64,000 nt of DNA from Candidatus Latescibacterota bacterium (lineage in GTDB: Bacteria > Latescibacterota > UBA2968), in the NCBI GenBank assembly GCA_965205975.1, contig OZ242195.1, positions 3,040,001-3,104,000 of the forward strand, given 5' to 3'. Positions within the stretch are counted from its first letter, which is position 1. Every line of letters begins with the position of its first letter. The notes beneath the pieces were generated by a model that did no database searches, was not told the DNA's origin, and worked only from the letters and a program-made list of their open reading frames with translations. The translations under genes and the position numbers were made by a program. Shown here one piece after another: positions 30,228 to 39,632 of the stretch.

Positions 30228-32729
30228 TCAATCCTCCCGCAGGGCATCTATTGGGCTTGCAGAGGCGACCTTCAGCGCGTGTACGAAGCCACCTAACAAG
30301 GGAAGTAGAATGCCTGCGAAAATCGCCGCTAAAATCGTCCCAACCCCAAATTGAAAACGGTAAGCAAATATCGAAAGCCACTCATCCATAAAGAAATAAG
30401 ACAGCGGTAGCGCGATAACGGCGGCTACAAACCCGGGCACTGCGTAGTTTAGCACGATCCCACTGGCTATTTTGGATGGCACAGCACCCATGACCCGTCG
30501 AATGGCAATTTCCTTTCGCCTGCGCGCCACTGCCAGAGAGATCATGCCCAGGGCACCCATTGACGCGATGAGAACAGCGCACAAAGCCGCCCCTGAGACG
30601 ATTTTGCTCCAACTGATTTCTCTGGCATAAAATTTTTGTCTTTCATCTTCTATATAAGAAAATCTCAAGGGGTGCTCTGTTTTAAGGTCTTCCCATACGC
30701 TTGTGAGATACGTACCAAAGGCTTCGGCACTGCCCTCTCGAATCCGAATCAATATCTCTGCCGAGAAGGCACGTTGCAAAGTTGCATCCGTGCCTACGGT
30801 GATGATCGTCGGTGAAACCTTATGGCTCAAGTCTCTAACGTGAAAATCCTTAACGACACCCACGATGCGACCACTGACATCACTGCCAAACACGCGCGAT
30901 CTTAACTTTTCTTCTGCTGGACTGATCACCTCTCCGATAGGGTCTGACAACCGCAGATGCTTTTGAAAGACTTCATTTACGATCACATCGCCAGGCATCG
31001 GATTGGGATACAATGATCTCCCCTGCAAGAGTTGCAACCCAACCGTCTCGAGAAAAGGCCCCTTCACTTGATAATAGGTGACCTCATCTATGAGATTACC
31101 ATGGCTATCTTTTATCAGGACTGAGTTTGACCAACCGAACGGCAAGTTCGTCCGTGCAGAGGATGCCACGAGCGGAGACGCAGATAAAGACGCTTGCAGG
31201 CGCCCCATCTCATTTTCGGTCAACCTACCCGTTTCGAGCCTGACCAGGTTCGCAGGTTCAAAGCCCGGCTCTGCCGTAAGAACAAAAAAAGTCTGTTCAA
31301 AGATGATGATCGTGCAAAAGACAAACACCAATGTCACACCCGATTGAACAGCCATCAATACCTTCAAAAAGGGACCAGACCTGACTACCTTTGCTGTTTT
31401 GCTCAAAACGATGAGGGCAGATACAGACGACATAAAGGTCGCCGGATAAATGGCTGTGCCCAGACCAATCAGACAGGCAAGCGAAAGAATAATGGTCGCG
31501 GTCTGAACGGGATCTACTAAAGACGTAAAGGGGGTCCGCAAAACACCTTCAAGAGGACTTGAAGCCAACTCTGCAACCATCAATCCAATAACACAAGCCA
31601 ACAGGCTGTATCCAAAGCATTCGACCAATAGCTGGTATCTGAGTTGCCGCTGGTTCGCACCAAAAATTTGCCTGATGCCCAATTCTTTGGTGCGTGAATT
31701 GAACCGTGCCACGTAGAGCAACACGTAATTCAGACACGCGACAGACAGAATTAGGACACTGATACCGCTGAGAATATATCCATACAAAGGGTTGGTGCCA
31801 GGACGCACACCTTGGCTGCCCCCCCCCGACCCACTATGACTATGATGGTGCAACTCTGTGATGGGTTGAAGTTTGGCCCTTAAGGTCTCCAAATCCCAGA
31901 ACGGGTTAGCGGGGTAATTTTGGATGATCCGTGTGAGCTTTCTCTCCACTTCCTTTATGTTGGCTTCGTCTGCCAGACGTATATAATGTGTGGATGTAAA
32001 ATCCCAGCCCCGTCCACCTTCTTGCTTGTCGAGAAAGGTTGACGACATACTCAAGGGCAACAGAATCTCAAAATCCAGACTTGAATTTAGGGGAGGCGTT
32101 TCCACAATGCCCTCTATTTTTACAGGGACCACTGCTTTTTTTGTCGGGTTAAAAGATAAAGACAATTTCGGAGGTGGTTGTATCCATAACACTTGACCTA
32201 CTAAATTGCCAATATTGTTGGAAAGCGTCTGAGCGAATGCGCGTGTTATTGCGACTTGCCCTGGACGTGAGAGGAATGTACCATGAATAAGCGGGAATGA
32301 AAAAATCTCCACGAAACTCCTATCTACCAACACGACCTTATCTATATCTCTCAGAAAATCTTTGTGAGTACCTACGTGCCAAATTCTCATATCAGGATGG
32401 GAAAAGGCACCAAGTATACGGGTTGTGGCCTCGATCTCAGGAATCTCGGCAGACATCGCCGATGCCAATGAAACTGGAAAACTGGTAGGCTCAGCTCCTG
32501 TGCCCGCCAGAGGACCCATACCTATTTGTCTGAACTTTGCCTTCCCAGTAATGCGGTATATGCGATGATGGTCTTTGTGGAACTTATCAAAGCTCCAATC
32601 ATACAGGACGTAAAGCACGCAAAGATAGGTGCAGGCAATCCCTATCCCCAAACCCAGCAGGTTAATGGCGGCATACGTTTTATATTTGAGAGCATTGCGA
32701 AACCAGGTTCGGAAATAATTGAAAAGCAT
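30228..32729 (-). CDS. MacB/FtsX-type duplicated-domain ABC permease (cassette A)
   Basis: INLLGLGIG, SFDKFH..IYR, RTKELGIR..GA, VGVVKDFH, RRKEIAIRRVMGA, P.DALR.E. Confidence 0.92.
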   Translation of the reverse strand: MLFNYFRTWFRNALKYKTYAAINLLGLGIGIACTYLCVLYVLYDWSFDKFHKDHHRIYRITGKAKFRQIGMGPLAGTGAEPTSFPVSLASAMSAEIPEIEATTRILGAFSHPDMRIWHVGTHKDFLRDIDKVVLVDRSFVEIFSFPLIHGTFLSRPGQVAITRAFAQTLSNNIGNLVGQVLWIQPPPKLSLSFNPTKKAVVPVKIEGIVETPPLNSSLDFEILLPLSMSSTFLDKQEGGRGWDFTSTHYIRLADEANIKEVERKLTRIIQNYPANPFWDLETLRAKLQPITELHHHSHSGSGGGSQGVRPGTNPLYGYILSGISVLILSVACLNYVLLYVARFNSRTKELGIRQIFGANQRQLRYQLLVECFGYSLLACVIGLMVAELASSPLEGVLRTPFTSLVDPVQTATIILSLACLIGLGTAIYPATFMSSVSALIVLSKTAKVVRSGPFLKVLMAVQSGVTLVFVFCTIIIFEQTFFVLTAEPGFEPANLVRLETGRLTENEMGRLQASLSASPLVASSARTNLPFGWSNSVLIKDSHGNLIDEVTYYQVKGPFLETVGLQLLQGRSLYPNPMPGDVIVNEVFQKHLRLSDPIGEVISPAEEKLRSRVFGSDVSGRIVGVVKDFHVRDLSHKVSPTIITVGTDATLQRAFSAEILIRIREGSAEAFGTYLTSVWEDLKTEHPLRFSYIEDERQKFYAREISWSKIVSGAALCAVLIASMGALGMISLAVARRRKEIAIRRVMGAVPSKIASGIVLNYAVPGFVAAVIALPLSYFFMDEWLSIFAYRFQFGVGTILAAIFAGILLPLLGGFVHALKVASASPIDALRED

Positions 32730-32779
32730 TGGTTACCCTTGGCAATCAAGAGACGCTTGATCTCAGCTAACTTTCGCCA

Positions 32780-33874
32780 TTAGCTGGTAGGGGTTTCAGG
32801 AGGGCCAATAAGACGATATACCCTGATCCTACCATTCGTATTCTCGTTATCTGTCGGAGATAAATACCTATATACAAACATCCCATAACAATTAAAAACA
32901 TCGTTTACACCCAGTTCGTTTTTTATTTTTTCTGCATAAGGCTCTCCACTCGGATCTGATAGAAGTATCAGAGCTGTGCTATTTGATGAATCATTGAATA
33001 GATATCTGAGCAACATATCTCCCGAAGATAAGAGATGCATGCCGTTCAAGCGGCTGAAATTGTGTATATCACTTGCCAATTCTTTCTGAGTTTTGCTATC
33101 GTCCATTTTAAAGCGAATAAACTTAGGCTGACTCATGGTAATGGGCTTAAGAAAACGTTGTGTTATCAAATCAATTCGCATAACCTTCTCTTCCCAGGGC
33201 AGGACAAAGTGTATGATTTTTCGCGCTTCGTCATAAGCAAGCCCTTGAAAACGCTGCAACATAAAAAATAGGTCCATGTATTGTGCATCACAGACTTTGA
33301 ACTTTACGATATCTTTACCTGTTTCAAGTGAGGTGACGCAAAGCATACCGTTTTTGTCTTTGTCAACGTAAGTATGAATAAAGTTTTGATCTTCAGAAAC
33401 CATCATGCGATTAATGAAACGTCTCTCCGGCAGTTTCAATTGTCCTAAAAATTCACCTTTGATCGAGAATCGAAGAATCTGCCCGGCTCCCGCATCGTAG
33501 ATCAGCATTTGGTCGGTATTCGGTATCATTGTTGGCTCTCGCGGTATCTTGTACTGGCCTTCCATACCCCCTCGGTTGCCGATAGACCACTTGTAGTTAC
33601 CCTCTCTGTCAAAAACTTCGACACTCCTTCTCAAGCCATCTAAAACAATGATATAGTCCTTCACAACTGTGATAGAACTTACTACCCCAAGTCCTGGCCT
33701 CATCTCCGGGAATTCGAGTGTAATCTCGTCAACCAATGAAAGTTGCGTTCCTTGCGCTTGCTTAAGGACGACCTCTTCTTGCTGGTTTTCAACAGCACTT
33801 TTTTCGCAACTTCCAAAGATAAGAAAGAAGAGTGCCATCAATCTCACAGGGGCTAATAACTTTTTTCGATTCAT
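32780..33874 (-). CDS. 6-bladed beta-propeller lipoprotein (cassette A)
   Basis: Lipobox FGS-C; VFDREGNYKWSIG.RG..EGQY..P repeat typical of NHL/6-blade propellers. Confidence 0.8.
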   Translation of the reverse strand: MNRKKLLAPVRLMALFFLIFGSCEKSAVENQQEEVVLKQAQGTQLSLVDEITLEFPEMRPGLGVVSSITVVKDYIIVLDGLRRSVEVFDREGNYKWSIGNRGGMEGQYKIPREPTMIPNTDQMLIYDAGAGQILRFSIKGEFLGQLKLPERRFINRMMVSEDQNFIHTYVDKDKNGMLCVTSLETGKDIVKFKVCDAQYMDLFFMLQRFQGLAYDEARKIIHFVLPWEEKVMRIDLITQRFLKPITMSQPKFIRFKMDDSKTQKELASDIHNFSRLNGMHLLSSGDMLLRYLFNDSSNSTALILLSDPSGEPYAEKIKNELGVNDVFNCYGMFVYRYLSPTDNENTNGRIRVYRLIGPPETPTS

Positions 33875-33940
33875 GAGGATAATCCTTTCTTATCGTTGGC
33901 TCGGTGCCCCCAGTCTGTTTACCGAGAACACCAAGCCAAT

Positions 33941-33971
33941 CTTGAGCCTATCAAGCTCGGTTGCACACTTT
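33941..33971 (+). repeat. Downstream arm of bipartite inverted repeat around peptide A
   Basis: CTTGAGCCTATCAAG-N7-GCACACTTT. Confidence 0.85.
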
Positions 33972-34211
33972 TTTCTATGATTAAGATCAGCAATTAAGAG
34001 TACACCTAAAGCTCACTCAGAAGAAAGAAGCCAGTCTAAAGTTCATAGAAAAGAAAAATGATCGAATTCACTTGAGATAGAACTTTTGCCCAGAGATGTG
34101 TGGGTATCTGTCAATCCAGGCGACTTCGATTCTTTTTATGAATTAGCAATACCTTAGACTGAATGATGGGTAGCTAAAGATGCTCTCAAGCATCAGAGAT
34201 TCCAGCGCTAA

Positions 34212-34421
34212 CTAGCCGCACGTAATAGTCTCCTCGTCATTATAGAAAATGTGAAGGCAGCTAGTATCGCACGTCACACTTCCCTCACATTGAATACAAT
34301 CAAAGTAATGTGCTCCGTAAGAGTCTGTAAACCAATAATCAAGGCGGCTTCCACTGCCCTCATATCCATAGATACGCGGAGAAGACAGCCGAGACTGCAC
34401 AGGCTTTGTCAAAGTTTTCAT
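34212..34421 (-). CDS. Putative RiPP precursor peptide A (69 aa, 5 Cys)
   Basis: AAGGAGGTGAT RBS; leader MKTLTKPV..IYGYE shared with 38481-38678; core has Cx2Cx5Cx3Cx12C. Confidence 0.88.
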   Translation of the reverse strand: MKTLTKPVQSRLSSPRIYGYEGSGSRLDYWFTDSYGAHYFDCIQCEGSVTCDTSCLHIFYNDEETITCG

Positions 34422-34453
34422 AGTATCACCTCCTTTCCTTATTGAGTCAAGTT

Positions 34454-34486
34454 AAAGTGTGCTTGCCCTTACTTGATAGGCTCAAG
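34454..34486 (-). repeat. Upstream arm of bipartite inverted repeat around peptide A
   Basis: + strand AAAGTGTGC-N9-CTTGATAGGCTCAAG. Confidence 0.85.
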
Positions 34487-34500
34487 TAAAACCATTCTCT

Positions 34501-34613
34501 CAGGCTCACATTCCCAAATGCTTGAGCTTTGAACTGTTGCCTGCCCGCGCTGTCGCACGGCAGGCAGGTCTGCCGCCAATATTCGACTTGCCAGGGTCTG
34601 TCGGCGGCTTTTT
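34501..34613 (+). ncRNA. Structured intergenic element, copy 2
   Basis: Near-identical to 30079-30192. Confidence 0.4.
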
Positions 34614-34648
34614 ATATTTAAAAATTCGGACAAATAGATAACCGCGTA

Positions 34649-37129
34649 TCAATCCTCCCGCAGGGCATCTATTGGGCTTGCAGAGGCGACCTTCAGCGCG
34701 TGTACGAAGCCACCTAACAAGGGAAGTAGAATGCCTGCGAAAATCGCCGCTAAAATCGTCCCAACCCCGAATTGAAAGCGGTAGGCAAACATCGAGAGCC
34801 AATCATCCATAAAGAAGTAGGAGAGAGGGAGTGCGATGATGGCAGCTATAAATCCGGGTAGTGCGTAGTTCAGCACAATGCCACTGGCTATTTTGGATGG
34901 CACAGCACCCATGACCCTTCGGATGGCGATTTCCTTTCGCCTGCGCGCCACTGCCAGAGAGATCATGCCCAGAGCACCCATTGACGCGATGAGAACCGTG
35001 CACAGGGCTGCGCCAGAGACGATTTTGCTCCAACTAATTTCTCTGGCATAAAATTTTTGTCTGTCATCTTCTACGAAGGAGAACCGCAACAACCCATTGA
35101 TTTTCTGGTCTTTCCAAAGCTGTTCGAGATACGGGACAAATTCATCTGCACGGCCTTCTTCGATACGAACCAATATCTCTCCTAAGCTGGCTCGTTGCAA
35201 AGTCGCATCCGTACCAACGGTGATGATGGTCGGCGCAACCGTGTGGCTCAAGTCTCTAACGTGAAAATCTTTTACCACACCCACAATGCGTCCACTGACA
35301 TCACTCCCAAACACTCGTGATCTTAACTTTTTTTCTGCTGGGCTGATCACCTCTCCAAGAGGCTCTGAAGACGTTAAGTGCTTTAGGAAGGCTTCATTCA
35401 CGATTACATCGCCAGGGATAGGGTTTGGGTATAGCGACTTTCCGTGTAAGAGTTGCAACCCAACGGTATCGAGAAAAGGCCCATCCACTTGATAATAGGT
35501 GACCTCATCAATGAGTTTGCCACTGCTGTCTTTCATCAAAACTGTGTTTGACCATCCGAAGGGCAGATTCGTCCGCACATAGAAGGTCACGAGTGGAGAG
35601 GCTGATAAAGATGCCTGCAGGCGGTTGATCTCATTTTTTTTCAAGCCATCAGTATTGAGTTTGACGAGGTTCGTCGGGTCAAAACCTGGATACGTGGTGA
35701 GGATAAAAAAAGTCTGTTCAAAGATAATAATGGTGCAAAACACGAACACCAACGTCACGCCCGATTGGACTGCCATCAATACCTTTAAGAAAGGACCAGA
35801 CCTGACAGCTTTTGAGGTCTTGCTCAAAACGCTGATGGCAGATATAGATGACATAAAGGTCACCGGATAAAGGGCTGTTCCTATCCCTATCAGACAAGCT
35901 AATATCAAGAGAATAATTGCGGTCTGAAGGGGTGCCACCGAGGACGTGAGTGGGGTCTGTAAAATACCTTCAAGGGGGGGTGATGCTAACTCTGCAACTG
36001 CCAGGCCTATGATGCAAGCCAAAATGCTGTATCCAAAGCCTTCGACCAATAGCTGGTGCGTGAGGTCCTGGCGGTTCGCGCCGAAGACTTGCCTAATGCC
36101 CAATTCTTTGGTGCGTGAATTGAACCGCGCCACGTAGAGCAACACGTAATTCAGACAAGCGACGGACAAAATTAGGATACTCATACCACCGAGAATATAT
36201 CCATATAAGGGACTGGTGATTCGACTCACACCATACACCCGCTGTCGTATCGATCCAGGATTATGGTGCATATCTGTGATGGGTTGAAGCCTGCTTTTAA
36301 AGGTATCTAAATTCCATAATGAGTTAAGAGAAGCCTGCTTTTGGATCAGTCTCGTAAGTTTTCCATCTAATGCCCCGATATCTGATCCATCTGTCAAACG
36401 GATGTAATGTGAGGATTGAAAGCGCCAGTCCCAATCTCCTTCTTCCCTGTCGAGAAAGGTTGCAGACATACTCAATGGCAAAAGTATCTCAAAATCCAGG
36501 CTCGAATTGCGGGGAGGCGTTTCCACAATACCCCCTATTTCAATAGGGGCTACTATAGGTTCCAGGTCTTTAAAGAGACTATGAGAAAATCGCAGCCATA
36601 AGACTTTGCCAATCAAACTGTCAGTATCATTGGCCAGTGTTCGAGCGAATCTGCGCGTGATCACGACTTGCTCTGGTCGAGCCAAGAAAGTTCCGCGGAT
36701 AAGCGGAAAAGAGAACATCTCCTCAAAACTTCTATCGACGAACAGTACCTTTTTGATAGGGCGCAGAAAATTTCTGTGGGTACCCACATCCCAATTCGCA
36801 AGGTCACTCGTTACGCGGGTCGTAAGTTCAATCTCTGGAAACTCGGCAGACATCATGGGTGATAGTGCAACAGGAAAAGACATTGTCTCAGTCCCTGTCC
36901 CTGCTTTAGGAGAGCTTCCTATTGTTTCGCTGTACTTTACCTTTCCTGCAACGCGATAGATGCGCTGATGGTTTTCGTGAAATCTATCAAAGCTCCAATC
37001 GTACAGGATGTATAACACACAGAGATAGCAACACGCGATCCCGATTCCCAAACCCAGCAGATTAATCGTTGCATAAGCTCTATACTTGAGGATATTGCGA
37101 AACCATGTTCGGAAATAATTGAAAAGCAT
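34649..37129 (-). CDS. MacB/FtsX-type duplicated-domain ABC permease (cassette B)
   Basis: Full-length paralog of 30228-32729 with an identical C-terminus. Confidence 0.92.
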   Translation of the reverse strand: MLFNYFRTWFRNILKYRAYATINLLGLGIGIACCYLCVLYILYDWSFDRFHENHQRIYRVAGKVKYSETIGSSPKAGTGTETMSFPVALSPMMSAEFPEIELTTRVTSDLANWDVGTHRNFLRPIKKVLFVDRSFEEMFSFPLIRGTFLARPEQVVITRRFARTLANDTDSLIGKVLWLRFSHSLFKDLEPIVAPIEIGGIVETPPRNSSLDFEILLPLSMSATFLDREEGDWDWRFQSSHYIRLTDGSDIGALDGKLTRLIQKQASLNSLWNLDTFKSRLQPITDMHHNPGSIRQRVYGVSRITSPLYGYILGGMSILILSVACLNYVLLYVARFNSRTKELGIRQVFGANRQDLTHQLLVEGFGYSILACIIGLAVAELASPPLEGILQTPLTSSVAPLQTAIILLILACLIGIGTALYPVTFMSSISAISVLSKTSKAVRSGPFLKVLMAVQSGVTLVFVFCTIIIFEQTFFILTTYPGFDPTNLVKLNTDGLKKNEINRLQASLSASPLVTFYVRTNLPFGWSNTVLMKDSSGKLIDEVTYYQVDGPFLDTVGLQLLHGKSLYPNPIPGDVIVNEAFLKHLTSSEPLGEVISPAEKKLRSRVFGSDVSGRIVGVVKDFHVRDLSHTVAPTIITVGTDATLQRASLGEILVRIEEGRADEFVPYLEQLWKDQKINGLLRFSFVEDDRQKFYAREISWSKIVSGAALCTVLIASMGALGMISLAVARRRKEIAIRRVMGAVPSKIASGIVLNYALPGFIAAIIALPLSYFFMDDWLSMFAYRFQFGVGTILAAIFAGILLPLLGGFVHALKVASASPIDALRED

Positions 37130-37179
37130 TGGTTCTCCTCAGCAATTAGAGGATGCTTGAGCACACCTCACTTTTACCA

Positions 37180-38307
37180 CTATTCGGCAGGGTTTGCAGG
37201 AGCATCAATAAGACGATAAACACGGATATTACCATTCGTATCCTCGTTATCAGAAGGAGGCGAGTACTTATAAACAAGCCTGCCTTGACAAGTAAAAATA
37301 TTTCGTTCCAATTCATTGTTTACTTCTTGTGCAGAAGGTTGCACGCTCAGGTCTGATAGAAGTATAAGCGCGGTACTATTTGAGGGATCCCTAAAATCGT
37401 ACCTGAACAAAATATCTCCCGAAGGGAGGAGATGCATTCCGCTTAATCTACTAAACTTACCAAAGTTAGGTGGAGGGGAGAATAATCCTGTTTTATCATC
37501 ATCTAATTTGAGACTGACGAATTTGGGATGATTTGTGGTTATAGGGGGGAGAAAATCTCGTGTCGCCAGATCAATTCTCATCACTTTATCTTCCCAAGAT
37601 AGGGCAAAATATATGATTTCTCGCGCCTCATCATAAGCAAAGCCGTGAGAACGCTGGAACATAAAAAAAGCCCTCTCGTATTGAGCCTCGCAGACTTTGA
37701 ACTTTGCAAGGTCTTCACCCGTATCAAGGGAGGTAACGTAAAGCATACCGTTTCCTTTTCGGTCACCATAAGGATAAATGAGCTTGCGATCTTCAGAAAC
37801 CACCAGGGGATTAATAAGGCGTCGTTGGGGCAGTTTTAATCGTCCTAAAAATTCACCTTGAACGGAGAAGCGAAGCGTCTGCCCAGTCCCGCCATCGTAG
37901 ATCAGCATTTGTTCGGTATTCGGTATCATCGTTGGCTTGCTCGGTGATTTGTACTGGCCTTCTCCCTCTCCTCGACTGCCAATAGGCCACTTATAGTTGC
38001 CTGCTCTGTCAAAAACTTCGACACAACTTCTTAGAACATCAAAAATAATGATGTAGTCATCCATCACCGCAATTGAGCTTACCATCCCAAGTGCGGGACC
38101 TGTCTCTGGACGTTCGAGTGTAATGCCATCAATTAAAGATAGATGAGCCCCTTGTGTTTGCACTTTGAGGACGATGACATCTTGTCGCGATTGAAAACTC
38201 GCCATCCCATCTTGCTGGTTTTCAACCGCACTTTTTCCGCAACTCCCGCAGATCAGACACAGAAGTGTCAGCCCCCCTACTTGAACCCATAGCTTGTTGC
38301 GAGTCAT
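37180..38307 (-). CDS. 6-bladed beta-propeller lipoprotein (cassette B)
   Basis: Lipobox CGS-C; paralog of 32780-33874 (KSAVENQQ, PTMIPNT.QMLIYD, NG.IRVYRLI). Confidence 0.8.
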   Translation of the reverse strand: MTRNKLWVQVGGLTLLCLICGSCGKSAVENQQDGMASFQSRQDVIVLKVQTQGAHLSLIDGITLERPETGPALGMVSSIAVMDDYIIIFDVLRSCVEVFDRAGNYKWPIGSRGEGEGQYKSPSKPTMIPNTEQMLIYDGGTGQTLRFSVQGEFLGRLKLPQRRLINPLVVSEDRKLIYPYGDRKGNGMLYVTSLDTGEDLAKFKVCEAQYERAFFMFQRSHGFAYDEAREIIYFALSWEDKVMRIDLATRDFLPPITTNHPKFVSLKLDDDKTGLFSPPPNFGKFSRLSGMHLLPSGDILFRYDFRDPSNSTALILLSDLSVQPSAQEVNNELERNIFTCQGRLVYKYSPPSDNEDTNGNIRVYRLIDAPANPAE

Positions 38308-38374
38308 GACTTATCACCCTTTCCCTATTGTAAAATCAGTGCTCCTGTAATATTTTGAGAGCACTGAGTCAATT

Positions 38375-38404
38375 TTGAGCCTATCAAGCTTGATTGCACA
38401 CTTT
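38375..38404 (+). repeat. Downstream arm of bipartite inverted repeat around peptide B
   Basis: TTGAGCCTATCAAG-N7-GCACACTTT. Confidence 0.85.
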
Positions 38405-38480
38405 TATTTTTTACTGAACATACTTCATTATGGCAATAAAAAAGATAAAATAGAAGACAGATCTCTTTAAAAGCCAGCCC

Positions 38481-38678
38481 TTATCCCCAAGACCGAGCAC
38501 CAGGAGGAAAGCACTGCAAAACGGAACGCCAAACGAACTGGCACTCATACAAATCAACAGGGTTTCCATCTACAACGCCATCTCCAACGTCTACCCAGGC
38601 AAGTCCAACTCCAAACTCGTATCCATATATAGGCGACGCCATATTCTGAATCTTCACTGGTTTGGTCAATGTTTTCAT
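38481..38678 (-). CDS. Putative RiPP precursor peptide B (65 aa, 2 Cys)
   Basis: AAGGAGGTGAT RBS; leader MKTLTKPV..IYGYE; core unrelated to peptide A. Confidence 0.88.
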   Translation of the reverse strand: MKTLTKPVKIQNMASPIYGYEFGVGLAWVDVGDGVVDGNPVDLYECQFVWRSVLQCFPPGARSWG

Positions 38679-38710
38679 AATATCACCTCCTTTCCTTATT
38701 GCGTCAAATC

Positions 38711-38743
38711 AAAGTGTGCTTGTCCTTACTTGATAGGCTCAAG
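38711..38743 (-). repeat. Upstream arm of bipartite inverted repeat around peptide B
   Basis: + strand AAAGTGTGC-N9-CTTGATAGGCTCAAG. Confidence 0.85.
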
Positions 38744-38766
38744 TAAAACCGTTCTGTTCTTAAATA

Positions 38767-39489
38767 TCAATAAATAAATGTAGATAAAGGATCTATATCA
38801 AAATCTTTGGCAATAATTTGAGAATAGGGCACTCCTTTAAGATGATCGTTCAGAAGTGGTTTTTGCAATCGCAAATGTCTTTGAATCACACCAAAAAAGA
38901 GGACTGTATTTTGAGGGCGATCTTTTGAGGATAGATGACAATGCGTTATGATATTCTTTTCATTGACAACAAAGATAGCCGGGGTGCGATGAGTAAGCAT
39001 TTCATTTTGGAATAGCATGTTCTCCGTATCCGGAAGCAACTCGTAATGGAGGTTAAAACTCCTTTTGTATCTTTTTAACACGCCCGCAGGAGCATTGGCA
39101 AAAGCATAAATTGGAAAGCGTTTTGAGGGATCCTGATTTTGGTACACATGCTCCAGTAACTTTATCTGGGTGATTAGACATGGCTGACAGTCTTGTGGGC
39201 TGAAGACCAGAACCAGTCCTTTTCCTGTTTCGGAAAAGTCTGTTGAAATCCAGTCGCCATTTATGTTCTTCAATTCCAACTTCGGAAATTCCTGTCCTTG
39301 ATAATTGGATGCGTAGGTAGAGGCATTTATATGCTCTTTGTAATCGGCATTCTCTATTCGGAGTTCTCTGATTGTTTTCCAATGACCAGAGTTCGTATTT
39401 CTCAATTTCCATATCCCGAATAACGCAACCAGAAGAAGAACAGATAACAGGATATTCAAAATCAGCGACATTTTCCGAATTTCTTGCAT
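38767..39489 (-). CDS. Membrane-anchored redoxin (TlpA/AhpC-TSA-like)
   Basis: N-terminal TM helix, FP.LEL..ING, LVLVFSPQDCQPC, cis-Pro motif RTP. Confidence 0.8.
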   Translation of the reverse strand: MQEIRKMSLILNILLSVLLLVALFGIWKLRNTNSGHWKTIRELRIENADYKEHINASTYASNYQGQEFPKLELKNINGDWISTDFSETGKGLVLVFSPQDCQPCLITQIKLLEHVYQNQDPSKRFPIYAFANAPAGVLKRYKRSFNLHYELLPDTENMLFQNEMLTHRTPAIFVVNEKNIITHCHLSSKDRPQNTVLFFGVIQRHLRLQKPLLNDHLKGVPYSQIIAKDFDIDPLSTFIY

Positions 39490-39632
39490 TTACTTTCTCC
39501 CCATCACCAAAAGCAACCACAGATAAACCGATGAACACGGATGGTTGCAGGTTTAGGACCTGCACTGGAGGCCATAATTCAGTGCTACGCTTGTCTCAAA
39601 TGCGGGCAACCACGAGGGTTGCCCCTACGATT

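Noticed and set aside
30085..30381. Duplicated 98-aa ORF (also 34506-34802) as a real small gene
   Set aside because: Alternative frame of the near-identical permease 3' end plus intergenic element; DNA identity explains the conservation, and no RBS is evident
33941..33955. CTTGA-N5-TCAAG as an FNR/CRP box or integron attC site
   Set aside because: Spacing is one base short of TTGAT-N4-ATCAA; no RYYYAAC/GTTRRRY ends and no integrase in the window
33975..34211. Additional small peptide between peptide A and its propeller gene
   Set aside because: Only very short minus-strand ORFs with no RBS or leader motif
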